A DNA stretch of 64,000 bases from the IMG/VR virus record IMGVR_UViG_3300032254_000001, positions 160,001 to 224,000 of that record. One strand, given 5' to 3'. The notes under the pieces are model-generated. The model saw only the letters and a list, made by a program, of their open reading frames with translations. It did not search any database and was not told where the DNA came from. How positions within the stretch are numbered: the first letter of the stretch is position 1; the number at the start of each line of letters is the position of its first letter. This document shows, piece by piece, positions 1 to 8,845 of this stretch. Origin of the DNA: a virus. Lineage: Duplodnaviria; Caudoviricetes. The translations under genes were made by a program, and so were the position numbers.

Positions 1-483
1 TTTATCGTTATCGGGTGCCCGAATAGCTTAGAGTACTTAAAGAGCTACGGCTTCAAAACGTTTGATACTATATGGAACGAACTGTACGATAAAGAATTAG
101 ACAGTACCAATCGCATGGAAATGATTATTGAGTTAATCGAAACTATTACAAGCTTAACAGATGATGAATACGATAGTATGTTAGCCTGTGTAGATGATAT
201 AGTAGAACACAATCACAAACACTTTTACAGTGAAGAATTCGAAAAGCAGATGCTTGATGAATTACATACTAATCTTGATAATGCTATAGAAGAACGTAAC
301 AATGAATATGAGTCAATGCCGGGTGGCACTTGGTTTATGTACTTGGATAAGTTGTACTTAGAAGGTCACGATATTACTGATTTTATTAGAACACGTAACG
401 AAGAAATTATAAAACATTTATTAACTAACGACCCAACAATGGGTCGTCAATTAATGATTAAGTACAGGCACTTACTGGAGTAA
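1..483 (+). CDS. 5'-truncated glycosyltransferase-like phage protein (paralog of 38061-39131 C-terminal domain)
   Basis: Frame is open from base 1 (FIVIGCPNSLEYLKSYGFKTFDTIWNELYD...IVEHNHKHF), matching the G..YL..L...GFKTF..I.DE.YD...HN pattern also seen at 38061-39131. Confidence 0.6.
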   Translation, partial: FIVIGCPNSLEYLKSYGFKTFDTIWNELYDKELDSTNRMEMIIELIETITSLTDDEYDSMLACVDDIVEHNHKHFYSEEFEKQMLDELHTNLDNAIEERNNEYESMPGGTWFMYLDKLYLEGHDITDFIRTRNEEIIKHLLTNDPTMGRQLMIKYRHLLE

Positions 484-768
484 ACCAAAGTGTCCTGCTG
501 CTGCTAGAGCTATAGCTAAAACAACAATTGCAATTCTAATAGCGTTCTTATTAGATTTCTTTGCTGGCTCAACTGGTAAACGTCTAGTAGGTACTACTGG
601 CGTTTCTGCTGGTGCTTTTAGCTTAACAGATTTCTTCTTAGCTGGAGCTTTCTTAGGTGCTGCTTTCTTTTTAGCAGGTGCCTTCTTAGCTGGAGCTTTC
701 TTAGGTGCTGCTTTCTTCTTAACCGGTGATTTTTTCTTAACCGGCTTTTCCTTCTTATCATCTGACAT
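472..768 (-). CDS. Lys/Ala/Pro-rich histone H1-like protein with C-terminal transmembrane helix
   Basis: KKAAPKKAPAKK repeats; C-terminal AIRIAIVVLAIALAAAGHFGLL; GGAGA SD upstream. Confidence 0.75.
   Translation of the reverse strand: MSDDKKEKPVKKKSPVKKKAAPKKAPAKKAPAKKKAAPKKAPAKKKSVKLKAPAETPVVPTRRLPVEPAKKSNKNAIRIAIVVLAIALAAAGHFGLLQ
634..717. repeat. 36-nt direct repeat (634-669, 682-717) encoding KKAAPKKAPAKK
   Basis: cttcttagctggagctttcttaggtgctgctttctt occurs twice, 48 nt apart. Confidence 0.9.
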
Positions 769-805
769 GTAAATTCTCCTTAGTCATGAATTGATTTCTT
801 GCCGA

Positions 806-1153
806 TCAGTTTGACAACCGACCCCAAGCCTTCACTGCCGCAAGCATTAATCCCTTGCGCCATCTCTTGATGAATAATGCATCAAGCTCTTGCTCGAACT
901 CTTTGTTCGCGCGTTTCCAATCACCGGCGGTGACTAAAATATAGTCATGTACAATGGCTGCACCAAAGTAACGTCCTGTTGGAGAAAATAACCAACGCAG
1001 GAAAAACGGAATGCTCGCGCCATCTGTTACAAATCCTGCTGGAACTTTAGTTCTGCCATTGGCAGACATATATTCTTCTTTTAATTCCCACTTAGCACGT
1101 TTGTACCATTTGTCAGCCGGAATAAATTTTACTACTACTGTATCTTGCATCAA
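806..1153 (-). CDS. DUF1353-family phage protein
   Basis: VPAGFVTDGASIP and AAIVHDY motifs. Confidence 0.8.
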   Translation of the reverse strand: MMQDTVVVKFIPADKWYKRAKWELKEEYMSANGRTKVPAGFVTDGASIPFFLRWLFSPTGRYFGAAIVHDYILVTAGDWKRANKEFEQELDALFIKRWRKGLMLAAVKAWGRLSN

Positions 1154-1168
1154 ACTTCCATCCTTTAT

Positions 1169-1441
1169 TTATTTTGGTTTCTTAGCACGTTTGGCTTTTC
1201 GTACTTTTCGAGCCTTCCTGGCTTCTTCTCGTTGTTGTTTAGCTTGTAAACGGTCTTTACGCTTTTTCTTATTAATACGAATAATATCTGCACTAGCGAC
1301 AACGTCACCAAATTTAGCTGCAATGATTGGTGCAAGGTCTGCAACTCCGCTAGCTCGTTCTTTTTCGATTTCGTGTATTTTTAGAAAGATGGTCTCTTCG
1401 TCTGAGTTCAGTACACCGTTTTCTTTTTCAAAATATATCAT
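1169..1441 (-). CDS. hypothetical protein with basic C-terminal tail
   Basis: ORF coupled to neighbours (ATGA overlap); K/R-rich end. Confidence 0.6.
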   Translation of the reverse strand: MIYFEKENGVLNSDEETIFLKIHEIEKERASGVADLAPIIAAKFGDVVASADIIRINKKKRKDRLQAKQQREEARKARKVRKAKRAKKPK

Positions 1442-1938
1442 TCAACACTTGTCCAAGTAATGGCTGCAACCGCTGTTGAATCAGCTGCAAGTAATACAGC
1501 GTCTTTCTTAGCTGTAAATTTCTGCAAGATCGATAATTTGATATTACGCCCATCTTGTAAAACTGTTTGCATTTGTGCATTTGTGTGCATTGTGTATGAC
1601 TTAGTGCCATCCTGTGCGTCGCGTACTGCATAATACATATCGTCGCCTGACGCAACTGAACCAATTAAGTTAAGTTGGTCTTCTGGTTCTGAATCGTACC
1701 AGTTTTCTGTTAAAAGAGCCGACGAAGGAAATCCGTTAACAATCTCATCCTCTGCTATTACAGACAATTCAATTATCTTTGCAGTTTTTTCAGCTGTTAG
1801 AGCTGCCGTAATAAGATCAGCTTCAGTAATAGGAACGCCAACCCATACTAGATCATTGTAAACGGTTGGGTCACCAGCACAAGAAACGATTGTTCCTGGA
1901 AAGTAATCACCTACTATTAAAACATAATTTATTGCCAT
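1438..1938 (-). CDS. DUF4376-like tail-fibre-associated protein
   Basis: DSEPEDQLNLIG...HTNAQMQTVLQDG pattern; directly follows fibre genes. Confidence 0.6.
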   Translation of the reverse strand: MAINYVLIVGDYFPGTIVSCAGDPTVYNDLVWVGVPITEADLITAALTAEKTAKIIELSVIAEDEIVNGFPSSALLTENWYDSEPEDQLNLIGSVASGDDMYYAVRDAQDGTKSYTMHTNAQMQTVLQDGRNIKLSILQKFTAKKDAVLLAADSTAVAAITWTSVE

Positions 1939-1947
1939 TGTTTAATC

Positions 1948-2736
1948 CTAAAGTTTTGTTTCAGTTATTATAAATTGTGAACCAGCTACAACCATGCCGC
2001 CAAAGTTCGCAGTTCCAATTGGATCATTTAAGTACCAGGTTCCGTTTGTAACACCAATTCGCCCACTGTATGTAACTTGCGATGTTGTGTTCGGTGTATC
2101 AACAATCTTCATCGAAACATTAGCGTTACCATCCTGGCTACCAGTTGATGGAGTTACTGTAGTTACCCCAATACAAGTCGTGTCTCTAAATATAGCAATA
2201 ACTATATCAGCTCCCCTATGAGAGGTACCAGCTACACAAGTGAATTCAACAGTTACATAATTTGTTGCTGCTGTTGGTGTAAGCGGAGCTGCACCCATCT
2301 GCGTACCTTCTGTTATCAACGGTACTGTATTATCGTACGGAATATGAGATGTACCACTTTGGGATGCAATAGTACCGTACATTGTCTGAACAAAGGCATT
2401 ATCATCTATTGTTATATCAACTGTGCCAGTGCCGCCATCTACTGCTGTTACGCCTTCGCCGATGAAGTTTAAGTTAGTGAACGGGCCGCCAGTTACTGTA
2501 ACGCCTTCATCTTCAATAATAACAGATGAGCCTGCATTTACACTGTCCATTATTTTCCAATCTACATCAGCTGTATCTACCTTGCGGTAAACAGAACCAT
2601 TTGTTCGTAGATATAATGAACCAACAGGTGCTTCATATCCTGCCCCTATTGTTGGATCAGCTGAGCCTTGGGTTAGAAGAACTGTGTCGTCTAACGCAAG
2701 TATCTCAGTACTAAATGCACCATCTATATTTGCCAT
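1948..2736 (-). CDS. virion fibre/decoration protein
   Basis: APVGSLYLRTNG motif; T/G/V-rich beta composition. Confidence 0.6.
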   Translation of the reverse strand: MANIDGAFSTEILALDDTVLLTQGSADPTIGAGYEAPVGSLYLRTNGSVYRKVDTADVDWKIMDSVNAGSSVIIEDEGVTVTGGPFTNLNFIGEGVTAVDGGTGTVDITIDDNAFVQTMYGTIASQSGTSHIPYDNTVPLITEGTQMGAAPLTPTAATNYVTVEFTCVAGTSHRGADIVIAIFRDTTCIGVTTVTPSTGSQDGNANVSMKIVDTPNTTSQVTYSGRIGVTNGTWYLNDPIGTANFGGMVVAGSQFIITETKL

Positions 2737-2759
2737 ATATTACTTCTTTCTTTTAGTTA

Positions 2760-4013
2760 TTAAATTAAGTTAGCTGCTAAACGTTTTACCGAAACATTAA
2801 CTGCCGCGCTTGCTGTTAATTGAAGGCGCATGTTGCTACTTGTTGCAACTACAGTAATATCATGATTGAAGTTTGTTCCAATTTTTAATGTCGAAAACTT
2901 ATTCCAATCAACTACACCAGTTGGTGTCGCGCCATTATTCATAGCATGAATTTCAGTGCTGTAACGTCTTGTTGGATCACTAACTAATTCAACTGTAACA
3001 ATCCACTTAGCAACATCTGTTGTCGCTACTGGAAGTATATCAATGTCTGTGATTGTTGTAACATTAGTATAGTTCTGTACAAGACTTTCGCCTAGTGCTG
3101 CATCTAATGCGTCGATGCTTGCTGCAATTGATTGGCCATCTGTAACAACATTGTCGCCAGTGTAAGAACGATCACCAATTGCATCGTTAATGTCGTTAAG
3201 TGCATCAGTAACTTCTAACGTACCTGCTGCGCCCCATGACATATCATCCGATAATGCATTGTTGCCGCCGTCGTTAGTAATCTCACCGTCGCCCATTGCA
3301 TTGTCTAATGCGCCGATTGCTGTTTCAAGATTAGATGCTTGTGATACAACATCAGTTGAACTGTATGTTGGCATCTCGCTGCCTGGACCAGACTTACCAA
3401 CGAATGAACGTAAGTAACCTAATTCAGCTGCGCCTGCGCCGGAACCAAACTGTACCCATACTGCGCCATCATATACCCACTGTTGCTCAGCATATGTACC
3501 TTGTTGTACTAATACCGCATCACCGTCTGTTGCAAGATTTGCTGGGTCTTCTGTGAATGTCCATGCGCCTGTAGAACCGCTAACGATATAAACGTTTTCG
3601 TTGCCTGTTGTTAAGTCAGTTAATAGTATTCTATCATCGACTGCAATGCCAACACCGTCTACTGTATCGCCAACGTTTGCTGCTGCTTCTGCTGCTGCAA
3701 TGTTAGCATAAGTTGTGTTGTCACGGACAAGAACAGGTTCACGCCATGAAAGGCCTGCTGCGATTGCATCTACGTATGCTTTGTCTGTTGCTTGTTTCCA
3801 GTCAGCTGAGCTGCTGCCTGCTAGTGAAAACTTCCAGTATATCTGTAAGCCGTCTGTTTCTGCGTTTGTACGTAAGTATACAGAACCAATTGGTGCTGCT
3901 ATATGATCGGCACCTGCGCCCGGAGCGCCGTCTCCGATTAGGACGTTTGCCGCCTGTCCAGCGTCTAGTTCTATGCCTAGTCCTTCGCTGATATTAAATA
4001 AGTCAAGTGCCAT
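2760..4013 (-). CDS. virion fibre/structural protein
   Basis: APIGSVYLRTN and GLSWREPV motifs; late promoter TAAATA at 4044-4049 and AGGAGA SD. Confidence 0.65.
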   Translation of the reverse strand: MALDLFNISEGLGIELDAGQAANVLIGDGAPGAGADHIAAPIGSVYLRTNAETDGLQIYWKFSLAGSSSADWKQATDKAYVDAIAAGLSWREPVLVRDNTTYANIAAAEAAANVGDTVDGVGIAVDDRILLTDLTTGNENVYIVSGSTGAWTFTEDPANLATDGDAVLVQQGTYAEQQWVYDGAVWVQFGSGAGAAELGYLRSFVGKSGPGSEMPTYSSTDVVSQASNLETAIGALDNAMGDGEITNDGGNNALSDDMSWGAAGTLEVTDALNDINDAIGDRSYTGDNVVTDGQSIAASIDALDAALGESLVQNYTNVTTITDIDILPVATTDVAKWIVTVELVSDPTRRYSTEIHAMNNGATPTGVVDWNKFSTLKIGTNFNHDITVVATSSNMRLQLTASAAVNVSVKRLAANLI

Positions 4014-4046
4014 GATTAAAATCTCCTGTTATAATTATGCTTGTAT

Positions 4047-5216
4047 TTATGCCGATAACATTGGAATTCTAGTGACACTAACTGTTATCGGATTGGTATC
4101 ATTATTCTTTACATTAAATTCTACATTCGGTGATGTAAATGCTAGGGATGGACTGTATTTTATCTTATCTCCAATCTTAGCATAGTGGTTGTGAGATACT
4201 ACGTCGCCGAGTTGCTTATACGAACCTAGCACTTCCGATGCTGCCACCTCACCCGTTACGGTATCAACTACCGAAACTATGTATTTCGTTCCTGCGTTTA
4301 AACTAGGAGCGAATGTTAATACTGTTGTTGTTGCGCCAGGTGCGATTGTTGCTGTTGCTTGTGTAATAAACGATGCGGCTAAGTTATATGGTTGTGCTAC
4401 ATCGTTAACGTCACCCATCCATATATGATTCTGTTCAATGTTCGGAACATCGTTTGATCTACCTGCACCAAATATTATCGCAGAGCCGTCTCGCACACCG
4501 GGGGCCGATGATGCTTTTAATACTTGTGCAATCTTTTGTATTTGGTTGTCTTTACCAGTTGGCTTTGCATTAACACCTGACCCAGTTGGGCCTACCCAAA
4601 CTTCGTCACCGACACTAAATGTCAGTGTATCAACATTTTTAAGTTCACCGTTGAATGCGACAAGTCCTGTTGCACCAACTGCTAGGTCTTCTTGTAGTAC
4701 ACCAAGTGCCGGCATACGTGTTGGGTCACCTGCTTCTGCTCGTATAATCTCAAGTACACCGTTAACGTCTTCGCCAACCGCATGTACAGGGTCAGTAAGA
4801 TTTAAAGGAATAGTATCAACGTTCTTAACTTCAATTGAGCCAACGTAAACATCTGCTTGGCCTGGCTGTGGAGTTCGTGCTGCTACTGTACCTATAAAGT
4901 TAAGTTTGTCAACGTCACCAACTAATGGAACGGTATCATTCTCAACAGAAAGACCTGAATCAAATTCGACACCTTCTGTATCTGTTCCTGTTCCTGTAGT
5001 ACATAATGAGTTATCCCAAAGATCCATAATATCTTCAAGAGCTGTATCCTCCGGACCGCTAAGTGCAACATCAAAAGTTACATCAACATTAACTCCGTCG
5101 TTAACTGTTACGATTTCACATACCGCTGTAATCAATGGATCAGCATTAATAGCATCCTTCATGCCCGTTGGGCACAAAACTATATCGTTAGCTACTTTTT
5201 GGACTATCACTGACAT
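4047..5216 (-). CDS. virion structural/fibre protein
   Basis: Beta-rich modules (LGVLQEDLAVGATGLVAFNG..FSVGDEVWVG); position in structural block. Confidence 0.55.
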   Translation of the reverse strand: MSVIVQKVANDIVLCPTGMKDAINADPLITAVCEIVTVNDGVNVDVTFDVALSGPEDTALEDIMDLWDNSLCTTGTGTDTEGVEFDSGLSVENDTVPLVGDVDKLNFIGTVAARTPQPGQADVYVGSIEVKNVDTIPLNLTDPVHAVGEDVNGVLEIIRAEAGDPTRMPALGVLQEDLAVGATGLVAFNGELKNVDTLTFSVGDEVWVGPTGSGVNAKPTGKDNQIQKIAQVLKASSAPGVRDGSAIIFGAGRSNDVPNIEQNHIWMGDVNDVAQPYNLAASFITQATATIAPGATTTVLTFAPSLNAGTKYIVSVVDTVTGEVAASEVLGSYKQLGDVVSHNHYAKIGDKIKYSPSLAFTSPNVEFNVKNNDTNPITVSVTRIPMLSA

Positions 5217-5217
5217 C

Positions 5218-5928
5218 TTATGCTACTCTCCAAAATTCTATTATTACTTCCCAAACGCTTGATGCAGTACCGAGGGTGTCTGTTCTAAAATCAAAATCGT
5301 ATGTATGTGTACCAGCTGTTAATGTGCTGTAATGTACTTTATGTGTGTACTGTCGCTGACTGGTACCTGTTGTACTAAATGCACCTGCGCTGTCTTTAGG
5401 TTCTTGTTTATGTATTTCACCAAGCACAACTGTATCTTCAAGGAACTGTGCCTCAAAGTCGCTACCTGCACTATCGTGGTTCCAACCATAACTGATTGCA
5501 ATACGATATGTACCTGCTGGTACTGAAGTAGTAGTAAACGATAACTTGTTTAAGAATGCAGTACTAGTGGTAGAAGTCACACCTGATGCTGTTGCTGTTT
5601 GAAATTCTGATCCAAATGTTGAACCACTTGCGCCACCTACACCTACGTATGCTGCACCATCCCATCTATATAAAAGGTTAGTGTCTAACGCGACATAAAT
5701 TATGCCTGCTTCGCCTGTTGCTGGAAAAGATGCAAGGTTTGCGAACTCTAAGACTTCAATTGAGCTGCCGCTTGCGCCGCCGCCACAAATAGGTTTACCA
5801 CCAGGTGTGCCGTCGTACATTCGCAGACAGCCTGTAACGATGTCATAGAATAGGTACGTTTCTTCACCGACGTAAACCGCTGAATCTACATTAACCAAAG
5901 AACCTTTGATTTTTCTAATAGCAGCCAT
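5218..5928 (-). CDS. fibre protein with Mtd_N/hyaluronidase-N-like head-binding segment
   Basis: GEETYLFYD..LRMYDGTPGG at N-terminus; FPATGEAGIIYVALDTNLLYRWDG module. Confidence 0.55.
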   Translation of the reverse strand: MAAIRKIKGSLVNVDSAVYVGEETYLFYDIVTGCLRMYDGTPGGKPICGGGASGSSIEVLEFANLASFPATGEAGIIYVALDTNLLYRWDGAAYVGVGGASGSTFGSEFQTATASGVTSTTSTAFLNKLSFTTTSVPAGTYRIAISYGWNHDSAGSDFEAQFLEDTVVLGEIHKQEPKDSAGAFSTTGTSQRQYTHKVHYSTLTAGTHTYDFDFRTDTLGTASSVWEVIIEFWRVA

Positions 5929-5939
5929 TCAAACGCTCC

Positions 5940-6473
5940 TTACTCTGAACCAGCTTTTCTTGAATTATGAAATGCCTGTGCGGCGTTCCTTCTTGGATTA
6001 AGTTGATCTTCTTTAGTGTCTTGGCCTTTTTGTTCTTCACCAATACCAGCTGATTTCTTCATTGCTGCAAGTTCACTGTTGTAACCTTGATCAGCTTCTT
6101 CAACTTCTTCTTCTGGCTTCTCGCTTGCCCAAGGTTGCTCTTCTGTAGTTGGTACCATCTTTTCATCTGGTTCTAGCTGAGGTTCCATGTGTGGATCTTC
6201 ATCGCCTGCAAACTCATCAACATTGTTATTAACACCTTGTGACTTTTTAAGTAACTCGTGTTCTTGTTGTAATGGTGATATCATTGTTGCTGGTTCTGAA
6301 CCGTCTGTGCTATCTACATCAACTGGTTCTAAATGAGTTACCGTAACATCAGCACCCATCTCATCCGATTGATCACACGGCTCACCTGCTTCACCCGGCA
6401 CTTCCTGGCCTGCTACAGTTTCAGTTTGATCAACTAAATCTGCTAATTGTCGTAATATTTCGCTAACTCGCAT
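5940..6473 (-). CDS. acidic low-complexity protein, candidate internal head protein
   Basis: MRVSEILRQL N-terminus; D/E-rich; late promoter TAAATA at 6498-6503. Confidence 0.6.
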   Translation of the reverse strand: MRVSEILRQLADLVDQTETVAGQEVPGEAGEPCDQSDEMGADVTVTHLEPVDVDSTDGSEPATMISPLQQEHELLKKSQGVNNNVDEFAGDEDPHMEPQLEPDEKMVPTTEEQPWASEKPEEEVEEADQGYNSELAAMKKSAGIGEEQKGQDTKEDQLNPRRNAAQAFHNSRKAGSE

Positions 6474-6504
6474 ATTATAATTCCTAATTGTTCTTTATAT
6501 TTAT

Positions 6505-6882
6505 TCAGAATGAACCCGTTTGTTCAGTTAAAATATTACCTGTCCAATCATCAGCTATTGTGGCATCCTCTAGTACTGCAATGCGATTGTTAAGCTCTGC
6601 ATAGAACGTATCTAACTCACCTTTAAAACTGCCAGTAAGGTGTCCAATTGCTTGTTTGCAATAATTCCAATTCTGTAGACGGTAGTTCTTTAAAAGATTA
6701 CCGTGTAGGTCTGCTATCTCATTAATCTTGTTAGCCTCTTGGGCTGCTATATGTTCGCTATCGACTACTGCAAATGTCCTTACCGTTTTACCGTCCGAAA
6801 ACTCTACGGTGTCCAATTCCATGACTAAATATTTAGAACGAAGAGAATCGATTGCGTTGTTGGTTTCATAAACTATGTACAT
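6505..6882 (-). CDS. hypothetical protein (start corrected from 7071 to 6882)
   Basis: AGGAGA SD 4 nt before ATG at 6882; the longer ORF overlaps the plus-strand gene. Confidence 0.7.
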   Translation of the reverse strand: MYIVYETNNAIDSLRSKYLVMELDTVEFSDGKTVRTFAVVDSEHIAAQEANKINEIADLHGNLLKNYRLQNWNYCKQAIGHLTGSFKGELDTFYAELNNRIAVLEDATIADDWTGNILTEQTGSF

Positions 6883-6917
6883 AATGTCTCCTATACTATA
6901 ATTATAAGAAAAACTAT

Positions 6918-7688
6918 ATGACAATAAATTTTGATTTAATAAGCGATTTGTATCTCGAAACACTAGATAACTTTTCATGGGAAAATAAGGCAACAAGTCT
7001 TTTTTGCATTGTAGCTGGAAACATCTCCAACGACCACGATGTATTATTTGACTTCCTAGAAGAGCTGTCAAAGTATTACGAAGCTGTATTCTTTATAGAC
7101 GGTGACTTAGAGCACGATAAGTTTGAAGGTGACTTTGATAGAAGTTACGCATCGTTACGAGATAACATAGGCGACATGGAAACAGTATTCTTCTTACACG
7201 AAAATATTATTATACTTCCTGGCGTAACGTTATTAGCTACTAATGGCTGGACAACATTTGATTTTACAAGTCAGCACACAATAGACGAAACACTAGACTT
7301 CCTCGAGGAGCACGAAGGTGTACCGATTGAAGTTTCAAACCAGATTTTTAAACTCGCAATAACAGATCAACATTATATGTACAATAGCATTGAGTCCGCA
7401 CAGGATATGGATGACGTTGAGGATATAATTGTTATAACCAACTCGGTACCTAATTCAGAGTTTGTAGTACACGACAACGATTATGATGGTACGCTACTAG
7501 GTGATACCTCAGGTAATGGTGGCATCCTACATTGTTTAGAAAATGACTACAAGAAGAAAGTAAAAACTTGGATCTTCGGGAAGTACACGGGTGACATTGA
7601 TTACGATATCGAAGGAGTTCGATATGTGAATAACCCGGGCCTACAAAAAGACCCGAGCATTTATTATCCAAAAATAATTAAAACTTAA
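6918..7688 (+). CDS. calcineurin-like metallophosphoesterase-fold protein with degenerate active site
   Basis: Motif positions SDLY / AGNI / DGDLEH / TNS / FGKYT correspond to DxH / GD / GNH / H / GHxH. Confidence 0.75.
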   Translation: MTINFDLISDLYLETLDNFSWENKATSLFCIVAGNISNDHDVLFDFLEELSKYYEAVFFIDGDLEHDKFEGDFDRSYASLRDNIGDMETVFFLHENIIILPGVTLLATNGWTTFDFTSQHTIDETLDFLEEHEGVPIEVSNQIFKLAITDQHYMYNSIESAQDMDDVEDIIVITNSVPNSEFVVHDNDYDGTLLGDTSGNGGILHCLENDYKKKVKTWIFGKYTGDIDYDIEGVRYVNNPGLQKDPSIYYPKIIKT

Positions 7689-7999
7689 TCGGTTTCTTGT
7701 TCGATTCGGATCTGTAACGGATAGCCCTGCTTACGTGCATCTACTGTTACTTCAATGCCTTTCTGCTCTGCTACCTCAAACGGTAATACCGCTGCAACTG
7801 CTGAACCAGCAGTATGTACGTCATTTGCTATTCGTTCAGCTGTGTTATTCACATAGCTAAAGTGCTCTACCAAGCTTTCTATAACAAACTGCATACTAGT
7901 CTTATTATCGTTTACATAAACAACCTTAAACATTGGTGGCTCTTTAAGATCTAATCGTGTTTTAATTGCAACTTCAGTTGACATTTTATTATCCTTCAT
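7685..7999 (-). CDS. clpS: ATP-dependent Clp protease adaptor ClpS (start 7999 or 7984)
   Basis: KEPPMFKVVYVNDNKT...DVHTAG...EVAEQK...GYPL signature. Confidence 0.92.
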   Translation of the reverse strand: MKDNKMSTEVAIKTRLDLKEPPMFKVVYVNDNKTSMQFVIESLVEHFSYVNNTAERIANDVHTAGSAVAAVLPFEVAEQKGIEVTVDARKQGYPLQIRIEQETD

Positions 8000-8023
8000 A
8001 TAAGTATTTAGTTATTGTATACA

Positions 8024-8051
8024 TTGTACACGGTTATTAGGCCGTGTACAA
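8024..8051 (-). terminator. 10-bp perfect stem-loop between hsp20 and clpS (terminator or processing site)
   Basis: ttgtacacgg / ccgtgtacaa inverted repeat; weak U-tract. Confidence 0.5.
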
Positions 8052-8065
8052 CAATATCGGTTAGG

Positions 8066-8512
8066 TTACTTTATTTCGATTTCTTTCGGTTTCATAGACT
8101 CCGGAACTAATCGTTCAAGTGTAACTGATAAAATGCCGTCAGTTATTTCAGCTTCTTTTACTTCAACATAATCTGCTAGTGCAAATGAGCGTCGAAATGT
8201 TCTAGCACTAATGCCTTGGTGTAGGTACGTAATTTCTTCTTCTTCGGTACCTTCAGAAAGACCACGTAGTCCTGTGATTTCCAGTTGATTGTTAGCAGTA
8301 GTAATCGCTATATCTGATTTTCTAAAACCAGCTACTGCTAGTTCAATTATGTAGTTATCGTCATCAACTTCAATAATGTTGTATGGTGGATAATTACCTG
8401 TGTTTGTATTGTCAATACGGTTTATCATTGCATTCATGTATCGTTCAACGCCGATTGCGTTGCGTAGGAATGGATCAAGATTGATAGAGGTGAGGTGTTT
8501 GCTTTTAGTCAT
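8066..8512 (-). CDS. small heat-shock protein Hsp20/IbpA-like (start at MTKSK, 8512)
   Basis: NYPPYNI, IELAVAGF, YLHQGISARTFRRSFALAD, GILSVTL; AAGGAG SD before 8512. Confidence 0.93.
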   Translation of the reverse strand: MTKSKHLTSINLDPFLRNAIGVERYMNAMINRIDNTNTGNYPPYNIIEVDDDNYIIELAVAGFRKSDIAITTANNQLEITGLRGLSEGTEEEEITYLHQGISARTFRRSFALADYVEVKEAEITDGILSVTLERLVPESMKPKEIEIK

Positions 8513-8584
8513 AATAGTCTCCTTAATATTAAGCAAGATTTAAATGTAAGACCCGCCTTATGCAGCATCTTACTTGTTTATTTA
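8513..8584 (-). promoter_or_regulatory. late promoter (8579-8584) plus two-hairpin 5'UTR with ROSE-type RNA thermometer over the hsp20 SD
   Basis: Minus strand TAAATA, hairpin GUAAGA..UCUUAC (8546-8573), then UCUUGCUUA-AUAU-UAAGGAGA (8518-8538) with UUGCU pairing AGGA and a bulged G. Confidence 0.75.
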
Positions 8585-8602
8585 TCTATATAATATGACA
8601 CT

Positions 8603-8625
8603 TAACGACTTTTCACAAGTCGTTA
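8603..8625 (-). terminator. 9-bp stem-loop just downstream of rpsU
   Basis: taacgactt / aagtcgtta inverted repeat; no clear U-tract. Confidence 0.45.
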
Positions 8626-8632
8626 GGCAAAA

Positions 8633-8845
8633 TTAGCGTCTACGTTGTGGAACTAATTCCTCAGTACGAAGCTTTTTGCGATAACGTGCTTTTGCTGCGG
8701 CTGCTTTACGCTGTCGCTTTGTTGATGGTTTCTCGAAAGTTTGACGACCACGAATTTCCTCAAGGATTCGTTCGTTAGAAACTTTCTTTTTAAATTTTCT
8801 AAGGGCTTTCTCAAACTGTCCCTCGTATACTCTTACTGATGGCAT
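8633..8845 (-). CDS. rpsU: phage-encoded ribosomal protein bS21
   Basis: FEKALRKFKKKV...ILEEIRGRQTFEKPSTKR; 70 aa, basic. Confidence 0.92.
   Translation of the reverse strand: MPSVRVYEGQFEKALRKFKKKVSNERILEEIRGRQTFEKPSTKRQRKAAAAKARYRKKLRTEELVPQRRR

Noticed and set aside
6883-7071. Long N-terminal extensions in the ORF track (also 18285-20600, 28679-30673, 36984-37751, 44893-46122)
   Set aside because: Extensions overlap other genes or promoters; shorter starts have an SD, a -10 box or stop-start coupling
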